Positions 9,237-18,226 of a DNA stretch of 41,541 nucleotides are shown one piece after another (positions within the stretch are counted from its first letter, which is position 1; every line of letters begins with the position of its first letter). The notes below the pieces were generated by a model, which was not told where the DNA came from, searched no databases, and saw only the letters and a list, made by a program, of their open reading frames with translations. Source of the stretch: a virus (taxonomy: Duplodnaviria; Caudoviricetes). The position numbers and the translations under genes were made by a program. The stretch covers positions 1 through 41,541 of IMG/VR virus record IMGVR_UViG_3300026187_000030. One strand, 5' to 3'.

Positions 9237-10088
9237 TTACGACTTTTTAGCTCTGCCTAATGGTTCTTCTTCAGGACCTGCTGACGCTTCATCACCATCA
9301 GTTGATAAATCACTGTCTGCTGGTAAATCTAATTCTTCGTCATCTTGGTCATCCATTTGGTCATCTATTGAGTCATCTGCTGATGCCATATCTGATGCTG
9401 GCATTTCACCTTGCAGTTTTAAAACTTCGTTGTTCATTTGTTCTTTTGTTTCTCTTGCAAGTGATAATAAATTTTCTAAAGATGATGAAACTGCATCATT
9501 GAATGCAACTGCTGTGTCGGCGCCTTTTTGATATGTCATTTGATCAACTATTGCACCTAATTCATCATTTTGCATTTTACCAAGTTTCTCAATGATCTGT
9601 TGCATCTCATCAACTAACTGTTTTGATGCTAAAATAACTTCTGCTTGTTCTAGCTCATCTTGTTCTTTGACAACTTCTTGCTTTGATTCAACTGCTTCAG
9701 AAGGTTTCAAAGTTACTGCTGGTTGATCAGCATTGCAACCACACTCACAATCACTAGGGCAATCACATGATTCATTGTGATCACAACCACAACTGTGTGT
9801 ATGATCTGCTTTCATTCCTTCAATTGCAGAATCATCAATTTGACCAATCATTAAAACCACTGCTTCTGAAAGCAATATGTTTTTTGCATACTCTGGATTT
9901 TGATGATATGAGTTGAAAGGCAAAGATAATTTTAAACTTTCACGCTGTGCATCAAGGTCTGTTTTGACTCTGTACAGTTCTTCTAGCCCTACTTTGTCAT
10001 AAACCTTAAAACCGTAAGTTTCTTCAAGCCAACGATTTACTCTTGCAATACGTGTTTCATACTTGGATGTTAAATCATTTAGTTTCAT
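9237..10088 (-). CDS. acidic coiled-coil protein, probable prohead core/scaffold-like, with a Cys/His-rich insert
   Basis: 283 aa, helical with an acidic tail; late box TAAATA 5 nt before the ATG; several (I/V/L)xE sites. Confidence 0.6.
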   Translation of the reverse strand: MKLNDLTSKYETRIARVNRWLEETYGFKVYDKVGLEELYRVKTDLDAQRESLKLSLPFNSYHQNPEYAKNILLSEAVVLMIGQIDDSAIEGMKADHTHSCGCDHNESCDCPSDCECGCNADQPAVTLKPSEAVESKQEVVKEQDELEQAEVILASKQLVDEMQQIIEKLGKMQNDELGAIVDQMTYQKGADTAVAFNDAVSSSLENLLSLARETKEQMNNEVLKLQGEMPASDMASADDSIDDQMDDQDDEELDLPADSDLSTDGDEASAGPEEEPLGRAKKS

Positions 10089-10092
10089 ACTT

Positions 10093-10779
10093 TTATTTAG
10101 TCTCTTTTGCTTTAATTAAACGCGAGTATTTGCTGTTAATACCCCTATAAACCTGATTTAAGCTTCTTTTAAGCCCCATTACCATGTTTTTGTAGTAGTT
10201 GTACTCAGAATCTTCTGGGCTTGTAGCATCTAGTTTATTTTTTTGTGTATCATAGTTGAACACAATCTTTTTATACTCAGCATGTTGTTCCAATATTTCT
10301 TCAACTGGCTGATTGCCAAAATCATAATCATTATGAAAACTGTGTACCAGCATAAAAGCAACTTCATACAATAGTAAATCTTTGACTAAAGGTCTGTTGT
10401 GTTTGTCATGTACACTGTATAGTTTTCTTGCAGATTTATCTGTTTTATAAATTTTAACAAAATATTCTCCAATTTGCACACCATCATTGGTTTTTGTAGT
10501 GTACAGTGCTAAACTGAAATCTTTATCCTCTGTTCCTTTTTTTACTACTTTTTTTATAAAAGATTTTTTAAACACAGACAAAATATCTTTCATTTCTTTG
10601 ACTTTTTTACTTGAAGTACCTGCTAGTTTTGTAGTAAATTTATCAACTTGATTTCTCATGTGTTCTAAATAATCACTTGGTACACCCGAGTATTTGAACA
10701 AAATTCTCACAAGTCTAAAATGCTCATATGCTTCATTTATGGTTCTATATTCTGGATAAGATGTTTGTTTTTTTGTCAT
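10093..10779 (-). CDS. hypothetical protein
   Basis: 228-aa Lys-rich ORF with AAGGA SD and its own sigma70-like promoter. Confidence 0.7.
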   Translation of the reverse strand: MTKKQTSYPEYRTINEAYEHFRLVRILFKYSGVPSDYLEHMRNQVDKFTTKLAGTSSKKVKEMKDILSVFKKSFIKKVVKKGTEDKDFSLALYTTKTNDGVQIGEYFVKIYKTDKSARKLYSVHDKHNRPLVKDLLLYEVAFMLVHSFHNDYDFGNQPVEEILEQHAEYKKIVFNYDTQKNKLDATSPEDSEYNYYKNMVMGLKRSLNQVYRGINSKYSRLIKAKETK

Positions 10780-10802
10780 GTGTTTTCCTTTTTATATACA
10801 CT

Positions 10803-10831
10803 AATATAACAAAATTTTACAAAAAGATCAA
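10803..10831 (-). promoter_or_regulatory. sigma70-like promoter TTGATC-17-TATATT
   Basis: TTGATC 10831-10826, TG-extended TATATT 10808-10803. Confidence 0.55.
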
Positions 10832-10834
10832 GTA

Positions 10835-11128
10835 TTATCTTCGTCTCAGCGACTTGTTCATTGACGCTACTCGCTTAGATGCTGGATTAAATCTTTTAGT
10901 AAACTTAATTTTTCTAACTAATCTTGAACCAAGTCGTGCCTTCATTTTTTTCATTGTCATACGTTTTTTGATATCCAATGGTGCACTGCACACACCCGGA
11001 TTTGACACGATTCTTCCTTTTTTACGTCCAAAAGTACAACGATACTTTTTGACCACTTGTTTGCCTTTACGGCCATAAATCATTTTTGCTTCATCAATAT
11101 TGCTGTTAAATATGTCTGATATAAGCAT
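10835..11128 (-). CDS. small highly basic protein, paralog of 12177..12482
   Basis: YRCTFGRKKGRIVSNPGVCSAP motif. Start reassigned to the ATG at 11128 (TAATG overlap; MLISDI aligns with the paralog's MLIAEI). Confidence 0.8.
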   Translation of the reverse strand: MLISDIFNSNIDEAKMIYGRKGKQVVKKYRCTFGRKKGRIVSNPGVCSAPLDIKKRMTMKKMKARLGSRLVRKIKFTKRFNPASKRVASMNKSLRRR

Positions 11129-12177
11129 TATACTATTCCACACCTTTTTTGACAGATATCCCATGGGTTTGAATCTAATGATTCAGGTAAAGTCTTTGTA
11201 AACCAAGGATCTGTCATTATATTATCCAAAGACCGTTTATATAAACTATTTATTCTTGTAATTGATTTATCAATATCAGGGTGCCCATTACGAGTTTCAG
11301 TTTCAGCAATATGACAACATGGCCAAATATTACCCCAGCAATCCATTTGTATTATAGATCTTTTTAACCAAGGACATTTAGATTTATTAATAGAATTTGT
11401 AATAAATTTTTTTTGAGAAGCTTTTATATAACTATTATTATCATCAAACCATATAATTTTATCGCTTACCGGACCAGGCAGTACGGCATCTGGAGTTGGA
11501 GGTGCAAACCACTCAGCATTTTCTGGTATTTTTCTATTTTTTTCAGCATAAATTGTAAAATTTTGATCTTTTGCATTAACTTCCGTTTGGCCATACCGAC
11601 TAGGTCTAAGTAAAATACCAGCACATCCCAATGAGCGTGCCATATCAATAAGTTCATTAATCTGATGCTGATTATGAGCAAATAATATAGTAAACATTTG
11701 TGCTATACCCCCTGCTTCAATAAAAGTTTTCATATTTTTAATTACTTTATTAAAGTCAGTATTGCGTCTATATATTGAATGAGTATCTTCTAACCCATCT
11801 ACAGCAAACTGTACATTATGAAAAAAATCACTGTCATTTAAAACAGAAGCTAACTCTTGCCACCATTCTGAACTACGAGAACTTCCGTTTGTTGATATTC
11901 GAATTACTGATTCAGGATAATTTTTTTTAAAAATTTTAATGATGTCAATAAGGTTAGGATGCATAATTGGTTCACCATAGTTACCATTGAATAATATTTT
12001 TTTAATTTGAAACTTGTTTTTAATATCAGTTAAAAAATTATCCCAAAATTTTAAATCCAAGTGATGTAATTTTAACCAAGATACTGTTTCACCACCATTA
12101 TTATTTCTAGCACATCCAGGGCATTTGGCATTGCAATGACTAGTTACATCTAGATGAATTTCTTCAACTGTTTGCAC
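11128..12177 (-). CDS. radical SAM enzyme with C-terminal SPASM/twitch-like domain
   Basis: CNAKCPGC (CxxxCxxC), GNYGEP, ISTNG, FAVDG; C-terminal CPW...GNIWPCC...CQKRC. Confidence 0.9.
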   Translation of the reverse strand: MQTVEEIHLDVTSHCNAKCPGCARNNNGGETVSWLKLHHLDLKFWDNFLTDIKNKFQIKKILFNGNYGEPIMHPNLIDIIKIFKKNYPESVIRISTNGSSRSSEWWQELASVLNDSDFFHNVQFAVDGLEDTHSIYRRNTDFNKVIKNMKTFIEAGGIAQMFTILFAHNQHQINELIDMARSLGCAGILLRPSRYGQTEVNAKDQNFTIYAEKNRKIPENAEWFAPPTPDAVLPGPVSDKIIWFDDNNSYIKASQKKFITNSINKSKCPWLKRSIIQMDCWGNIWPCCHIAETETRNGHPDIDKSITRINSLYKRSLDNIMTDPWFTKTLPESLDSNPWDICQKRCGIV

Positions 12178-12482
12178 TACTTTTTTCCGGATTTTTTGAA
12201 AGTGGGTTTACTTCTTTTAATCTGTCTATTTAAGTTTTTAACAACTTTAGATGTTGGATTGTATTTTTTTGTATAGGTAGATCTTTTACCTTGTATTGTA
12301 GATAATTTTCTTCTAGTTGCTTTGAACTGCTGTCGTTTTCTTAGATTGATTGGTGCTGTACAAGTTGAAGGATCTGCTACAATTCTTCCTTTACGAGGAC
12401 CTGCTTGGCAACGAAATCTTCGTTTGATACTGGATTTGTATTTTCCATATATTTGAGGTGTACCTATTTCAGCAATCAGCAT
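12177..12482 (-). CDS. small highly basic protein, paralog of 10835..11128
   Basis: FRCQAGPRKGRIVADPSTCTAP motif; Lys/Arg-rich. Confidence 0.8.
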   Translation of the reverse strand: MLIAEIGTPQIYGKYKSSIKRRFRCQAGPRKGRIVADPSTCTAPINLRKRQQFKATRRKLSTIQGKRSTYTKKYNPTSKVVKNLNRQIKRSKPTFKKSGKK

Positions 12483-12483
12483 A

Positions 12484-12762
12484 CTATTGTAATAAAGGGA
12501 CTATCAAAGTAGAAACATATATAGAAATCATAGTAAAGAACATAGTTCCAACTGACCACATAATTATTTTTTCTATTTTAGAAAACCCTTTCTCCATGTT
12601 TAATTCTATTTTTTCCATACGAGCATCAACTCTATCAAACCTTGCACTGATTTCATCATGTCTTTCACGTGAAATTGCCACATGAAATTCTAAACTTTCT
12701 GATTCAATATCTTTGGTTAACTGAGATTTTGGTTCAGATTTGGGTGCTGGGTTGTTTTCCAT
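12484..12762 (-). CDS. coiled-coil plus single C-terminal TM protein (XhlA/holin-like architecture)
   Basis: Heptad region followed by IIMWSVGTMFFTMISIYVSTLIV; GGAG SD; TAAATA at 12793-12788. Confidence 0.65.
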   Translation of the reverse strand: MENNPAPKSEPKSQLTKDIESESLEFHVAISRERHDEISARFDRVDARMEKIELNMEKGFSKIEKIIMWSVGTMFFTMISIYVSTLIVPLLQ

Positions 12763-12764
12763 TT

Positions 12765-13130
12765 TCAATGCTCCTTTGTAATATATGTATTTATATTATT
12801 ACCCAATGTATTTATAGTATCATTAAAAAGGATGATTTTGTCTAATCTTTGCTGTAGCACACCCACTGGATTATCGCCTTGTTTGAACAAATTTTCTTGT
12901 TCAACACCAAATTTAAATGAATATAAACTGTCTTTGAATGCAGGCTTTGTAAAAAAAAGTATTTTACCATATATAGAAATCAACTGCTTGATATGATCAA
13001 AATCTTTTTCAGACAACTGGTCTGTTTTGTCATTGTTGTATGACAATGGAATTTTAGTAGACAACTTGTAAATTTCTAAAGTTTCTGCTATTTTGATATA
13101 TGTTTGTTTGTTCTGATTATAGGTATACAT
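12765..13130 (-). CDS. hypothetical protein
   Basis: 121-aa ORF, TAATG-coupled to the upstream gene. Confidence 0.7.
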   Translation of the reverse strand: MYTYNQNKQTYIKIAETLEIYKLSTKIPLSYNNDKTDQLSEKDFDHIKQLISIYGKILFFTKPAFKDSLYSFKFGVEQENLFKQGDNPVGVLQQRLDKIILFNDTINTLGNNINTYITKEH

Positions 13131-15016
13131 TAAACTGCACCGGGTGCCACACTTTTTCTTAATTTTAACTGTTTACGAGGTTCATTAACTAAACGTCTTT
13201 CTCTAAACATATCTTGTAAAGGTCTGTAAAGCTCACTTCTTGGTACATAATTTCTGATTTGATGTAATACTAAATTGACAATATTTGCTTTGTCTTTTAT
13301 TTTGAGAAAATCGTACATTGATAATTCTCTTCTAATTTTTTTAGACTGTGCTGATGACACGTTAAACTGCTTTTCTAATTTCAAAAGCAATCTGTTTGCT
13401 AATGAATTATCTACTTCTGTCATTTCAAGATAATTTAAAAAGTCTAAAAGAAAAAACTTGTTGTTAGATAATCTTTCAACATATGAGTCACTTGCACTTT
13501 TGTTTTTGAATTGTATAATACTTCCTGATCCAATTAAACTGTGAATCAGCAAATATAAATCTGTGCCATTTGTTCTAAAATAATCAAAATCACCATAACT
13601 CATAGTTCTTGTTGCATATTCTCTGGCTATTTTTTTATATTTAAATTCATTTTTTAATGTTGTCAGTGCTAGACAATAAACATAAATTATTTCTCCAACT
13701 TCTTTGGCTGTGTAATTACCAACATCTTGTCGGGATCTAAAAGCTCTGCTTTCAGTTAAATCATTAACCAACTGTAAATTTTCTTTTGCAAAATTTTTTC
13801 TTGAAAAATCTAATCTGTCTACAACCTTCACAGCATTACCAATGTGATCAACTGCAACAAAACCTTCTTGATCTCTAACTTTATATGTGTCGCCTTCTTG
13901 ATCAAATGCATCAATTGATTTGATGTTTCTTAGTTTTTGGTACAATGTATTTTTTATACTTGACAGTTTTAACCACAAACTGTACCATGCCTCAATGTTT
14001 GCTTTGTTACTGTAATAAACTTTTTTCCAGTTTTCTAATGCTAACAATTTTCTTTGTCCTGCAGGACCTTCTCTACCAGTTTTTAATTTGGCAATTTCTT
14101 TTTCAATACGTTGTTCATAATCTTTTGCAAATCCATCAAAAAATTTAGCAGGATCTTGTTCTATTGTTCCTGCTCTTACCATGTTGTTGTGATTTGCATG
14201 AATATATTCTTTTAATTTTTTTCCTAATTCAGAAGCATCTAAAAATGAAAATATATTCTGTGATTGTTGTATATATTTTTCAGCATCATTAATTGCATTT
14301 GAAATTGATTGATATTCACCTGTAGTTAAATTCACTATGCCAGTAAAATCTTTGATGTAAGCATCATCGAACCATACTTCTTTTGTTCTTGTCAATGCAG
14401 ATAAATCAACTTCAAAACTTGCACTCATTGTTTCTAATGAACTACCCGAATATGATGTATGAAACACAATACCAACATCTGCTTGTTGAATTTCTTGTGC
14501 TAGGTTTGAATTACTAGGCACTGCATAAGTTATTGTGTTAGGTTTAAATGCAACATACGATTGTCCTTTGTGCTGTATAGTCTTTAAACTGTCAGATGTA
14601 AAAAGCAAATCACCTTGTAATACATTTTCAATGCCTAACTTTGATAATCCAATAAATGCTTTTTTTAATTTTAATCGTAAATCTGCTTTATCACCAGGTT
14701 CTTTGGCATCTGGATGATTGATATCAATGTCTTTGATGCTTTTGTTAAGTTTAGCACCTTTGTTAAAAACTGCTTTTGTACCTACAAAAAATTTACCATC
14801 GCTAGGATCTGTACCACAAAACACTGCTGGTGATCCATCCCATTTGAGTGTGACATTATATTTTTTTGGGCTTGACGTTTTGGCTAGATCGGCTAAATTT
14901 TTTAAAAATGCAATGGCTTTTTCAGCACCTTGCTTTCCTTGGAACAAAGCAAGATCTTCAAGATGTGTAAGATGAAGATTAGTGTCTTCTGATAAATTAA
15001 GTTCATTTGCTTTCAT
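13130..15016 (-). CDS. ATP-dependent ligase/nucleotidyltransferase-like protein (RNA-ligase-like motifs) fused to a helical C-terminal domain
   Basis: Motif I-like TLKWDGSP, III-like LQGDL, IV-like QEGFV, V-like KVVDR. Start at 15016 or 15025. Confidence 0.6.
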   Translation of the reverse strand: MKANELNLSEDTNLHLTHLEDLALFQGKQGAEKAIAFLKNLADLAKTSSPKKYNVTLKWDGSPAVFCGTDPSDGKFFVGTKAVFNKGAKLNKSIKDIDINHPDAKEPGDKADLRLKLKKAFIGLSKLGIENVLQGDLLFTSDSLKTIQHKGQSYVAFKPNTITYAVPSNSNLAQEIQQADVGIVFHTSYSGSSLETMSASFEVDLSALTRTKEVWFDDAYIKDFTGIVNLTTGEYQSISNAINDAEKYIQQSQNIFSFLDASELGKKLKEYIHANHNNMVRAGTIEQDPAKFFDGFAKDYEQRIEKEIAKLKTGREGPAGQRKLLALENWKKVYYSNKANIEAWYSLWLKLSSIKNTLYQKLRNIKSIDAFDQEGDTYKVRDQEGFVAVDHIGNAVKVVDRLDFSRKNFAKENLQLVNDLTESRAFRSRQDVGNYTAKEVGEIIYVYCLALTTLKNEFKYKKIAREYATRTMSYGDFDYFRTNGTDLYLLIHSLIGSGSIIQFKNKSASDSYVERLSNNKFFLLDFLNYLEMTEVDNSLANRLLLKLEKQFNVSSAQSKKIRRELSMYDFLKIKDKANIVNLVLHQIRNYVPRSELYRPLQDMFRERRLVNEPRKQLKLRKSVAPGAV

Positions 15017-15263
15017 CTGATTCAATTATTTTCTTAATACCACGTTCAAATTTTCTTGGATCTTGTGCTTTAATACTGTTTATTAATCTTTTTACTAAAT
15101 CATCTGCTGTGGATTCATCATACGATTCATATATCATTTTTGTTAAATTTATTGCTGAAGATATCACATGACTGGCTCTTGATTCAAGTAAATTATGTAC
15201 ATCCGCATGTGGTACTACTCTACTAATTTCTTCCAGTATAGAACGTGTATTTTTTTTCATCAT
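15003..15263 (-). CDS. hypothetical protein
   Basis: Start reassigned to the ATG at 15263, 5 nt after TAAATA (15274-15269). Confidence 0.75.
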   Translation of the reverse strand: MMKKNTRSILEEISRVVPHADVHNLLESRASHVISSAINLTKMIYESYDESTADDLVKRLINSIKAQDPRKFERGIKKIIESDESK

Positions 15264-15301
15264 ACAATTATTTATTATCAATTTACAATCATTTTATGAT
15301 G

Positions 15302-16711
15302 TTATTCGTCGCTGAATAATTCACTTTGTGATTTCAATAAATCTCTTAAATTTTTTGCATTTTCTGTACGTTCTGCCACAACAACATTTTCAGTTTTGTT
15401 AGTTGACACTGTTGAAGTTCTTTTCTTAATTGCTGACGTTAAAGCATCTGCTGTTGTTATTGCCGCTTGATTTACTTCAGCATCTTCATCTAAATCTGTA
15501 ATTCTTAATGTATCAATATCAAATCCTAAATCAATTTTTGATCCTATACCGCCTGAACTTCTAGTTTTCATCAATTGAATTTGATACCTTCCACGCTCAC
15601 GCATTGCTCTACTTGTAAAAATACCAATAACATTGTCAGCAGTATTAATTTTACTAATACCTCCTGCAATATGACTTTGGTCAAATTCTACTTCTTCAAT
15701 AGCACCTCTGTTAAGTTGCGATGCAGTAACCAAAACAAACTGATTTTCAACTGCAAAATTACGTAACTCTTCTGATACAAATTTATCTTTTAAAAACATG
15801 TCTGCTGGTGATATCTTTTTACTAATTGGCATCATAAGATCTAAATAGTCAATTAATACAACATCGGGTGCTACTCCTTTTTGTATTTGATATTCTTTCA
15901 AATATGATCTCAAATCATTAGTGCTTGACCCACTGCTCATATATTTCAGTTGAAACTTACCAGATTTTTTGCTCTGCATTCTGACTTCTAAATCAACATC
16001 ATCAATCTTTTTAAAAATTTCATTGCTTGGTACTTCTGTTGTCATAGAATCAATTCTCATTGAACTTAATTCTTCACTCAACTCAAATGTAAAATACAAC
16101 ACATTCATTTTTTGTGATATCCAGTTGAGTGCTAAATTCTGTAAAAACAAACTTTTACCAGCACCAGATGATCCTGCAAAGATGTTTAATTCACCTTTGT
16201 TAAATCCACCATACAATTTTTTATCTAATGCTTTCCAGCCTGTACTAATTGTACCATTGTTATCTTTCAAAGATAATAATCTTGCTTTGGGATTTTCAAA
16301 ATAATCTGTTCCAAGATCTTTTGTCAATCCAACTCTGACTGCATTTTTAATTTTTTCTTCAACTGGACCGTAGTCTCCTTTTTCTAACATGTCAGCACTT
16401 TCAATAATGGCTTTTTCAAGTGCTTTGTGTCTACAAAAAGTTTCAAACTCATCTAAGAACCAATCTTTCTGTGATTCATCAATGTCTGGTACCAGTTTTA
16501 AATCAATTTCACATTTTGCTTTGACTTGATCTACTGTGGGTAATGATTTATACTTTTCAGTGTACTCAACAAACATTGCTGTTGTTTCAACATATTTTTT
16601 ACTAAAGTATTCAGGTTGAATAATATTACGCACCCTGACAAATAATTCAGGATCTGTGACCATAAATTCTAAAAATAATTTCTGTAAATCGTCTGTGTAT
16701 ACTGTTGCCAT
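15302..16711 (-). CDS. replicative DnaB-family helicase (T4 gp41-like)
   Basis: Walker A AGSSGAGKS, FTFEL, IDYLDL, TASQLNR, MKTR. Confidence 0.93.
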   Translation of the reverse strand: MATVYTDDLQKLFLEFMVTDPELFVRVRNIIQPEYFSKKYVETTAMFVEYTEKYKSLPTVDQVKAKCEIDLKLVPDIDESQKDWFLDEFETFCRHKALEKAIIESADMLEKGDYGPVEEKIKNAVRVGLTKDLGTDYFENPKARLLSLKDNNGTISTGWKALDKKLYGGFNKGELNIFAGSSGAGKSLFLQNLALNWISQKMNVLYFTFELSEELSSMRIDSMTTEVPSNEIFKKIDDVDLEVRMQSKKSGKFQLKYMSSGSSTNDLRSYLKEYQIQKGVAPDVVLIDYLDLMMPISKKISPADMFLKDKFVSEELRNFAVENQFVLVTASQLNRGAIEEVEFDQSHIAGGISKINTADNVIGIFTSRAMRERGRYQIQLMKTRSSGGIGSKIDLGFDIDTLRITDLDEDAEVNQAAITTADALTSAIKKRTSTVSTNKTENVVVAERTENAKNLRDLLKSQSELFSDE

Positions 16712-16717
16712 ATTATT

Positions 16718-16746
16718 ACTATACTATATTAATCTCTATTTCGCAA
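16718..16746 (-). promoter_or_regulatory. sigma70-like promoter TTGCGA-17-TATAGT, 6 nt before the helicase ATG
   Basis: -35 at 16746-16741, -10 at 16723-16718; no SD visible. Confidence 0.55.
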
Positions 16747-17346
16747 GTATTTCCAACTATATGGAAATTCTTCATTACAAAACACATCAATTGAATTTGC
16801 TATAATTCTTGTTTCTTCTTGCGTGTCTTCTGCACATCTTAATTCACAAACCCTAGCAAATGCATATAAACTACCTGTCCAATACCATTCGGTCATCATG
16901 TTTTGTGGCAGTACCATTCTTGCTAATTCTGGAGCAATACCTTTGTCCAACATATCATTGTATGTTGTGTTGGCATTTTTTATTGTATCAGCAATATCAT
17001 ATTCAATTGTTTCATTGCTACTACCTTGTTTTTTATCTTTTGCTCTTTTTCTAAAAAGTGTAGGAATATAATATTCTGGCTCATAATCAACATAACGTCT
17101 GCTGATCTCATTCCAACTTAAACCTACTTGATGCTTGACCAACTGCCTAGCAACAAAGATTGGTGCTTTAATCCTAAACTGTACACTGCAATGAGCAAAT
17201 GGTGACCAATGATTATGTTTGGCTAAAAATGAAATTAATTTTTCATCAGATGCTTCAAACATTTCTTTGTTTTTTCCAAAACTTACCCTTGCGGCATTTA
17301 CTACAGTTAAGTCACTGCCCATTTTATCAATTAGTTCTACTTCCAT
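16729..17346 (-). CDS. thyX: flavin-dependent thymidylate synthase
   Basis: VVNAARVSF, HWSPF, ARQLVKHQVGLSWNEISRRY, APELARMVLP, AQ/TQEE region. Start at MEVELID (17346). Confidence 0.95.
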   Translation of the reverse strand: MEVELIDKMGSDLTVVNAARVSFGKNKEMFEASDEKLISFLAKHNHWSPFAHCSVQFRIKAPIFVARQLVKHQVGLSWNEISRRYVDYEPEYYIPTLFRKRAKDKKQGSSNETIEYDIADTIKNANTTYNDMLDKGIAPELARMVLPQNMMTEWYWTGSLYAFARVCELRCAEDTQEETRIIANSIDVFCNEEFPYSWKYLRNRD

Positions 17347-17392
17347 TATACTTTCACTCCCTGTAAAATTTTCCACCAATTACTCTGTTTCA

Positions 17393-17602
17393 TTAAAAAC
17401 CTATCTTGTACCCATTTTTTAGAGCTTGTTCATATCTTTCATCTGCTTCTAATAGTGTACAATCAATAATTTCTTCTGTGCTGTTCCATGTGTAATAATA
17501 GGTAACAGTTGCCCATTTTTTTCTTCTGTTTACTTCAAACGCAATACTGTCATCATTATCATTTATAAGAATCTGGCTTTTAACTTTTGTTTTTCCTGCC
17601 AT
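17393..17602 (-). CDS. small hypothetical protein
   Basis: GAGGA SD before the ATG at 17602 (MAGKTKVK). Confidence 0.65.
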   Translation of the reverse strand: MAGKTKVKSQILINDNDDSIAFEVNRRKKWATVTYYYTWNSTEEIIDCTLLEADERYEQALKNGYKIGF

Positions 17603-17609
17603 TAATTCC

Positions 17610-18224
17610 TCAATAAGTTGATACAATTTTATCTGCAATACCATATTTGACTGCTTCTTTGGCACTTAACCAAACATCTTCAGCAGGTAGTAATACTTCT
17701 CTAATTTTCTTTTCACTTAAACCGGTACACTTTTTGTAATGATCCATCATACGTGCTGTACTTAATTCAAATTCTCTTACTCTTGCAAATAATTCATGTT
17801 CTTTACCAGCACTGCCCCAACTGTATTGATGTGATAAAATACTTGTGTTAGGTGTAATGAATCTACGACCTTTAGTTCCTGACATAAAAGTTAATATACC
17901 ACAACTAGCAATCATTCCTAATCCTATTGTTTTTATAGGTATAGCAGATCCTTTTATTGTATCAATTAGTGCAAATGCTGAATGCACTTGTCCGCCAGGT
18001 GAATTAATTACTAGTGTAATTTCTTTTGGTCTTTCTTTTTGTGGTAAAAGGTTTTTTTCAATAATTGTATTAATTACAGGTTTTGTAGTTGTGCTATCAA
18101 AGTGATCACTGAAATAAATTATTCCATTTTCATACATCAATTGCCCTGGTTGTAAAGGGGGCATTGGAGGCATCTTTGATTGTGGTTGTGAGCGTTTGCT
18201 CTGATCAGACGTATCAATTTTCAT
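17610..18224 (-). CDS. clpP: ATP-dependent Clp protease proteolytic subunit
   Basis: INSPGG, GMIASCG (Ser), ILSHQ (His), DVWLSAKEAVKYGIADKI (Asp). Confidence 0.9.
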   Translation of the reverse strand: MKIDTSDQSKRSQPQSKMPPMPPLQPGQLMYENGIIYFSDHFDSTTTKPVINTIIEKNLLPQKERPKEITLVINSPGGQVHSAFALIDTIKGSAIPIKTIGLGMIASCGILTFMSGTKGRRFITPNTSILSHQYSWGSAGKEHELFARVREFELSTARMMDHYKKCTGLSEKKIREVLLPAEDVWLSAKEAVKYGIADKIVSTY

Positions 18225-18226
18225 TT

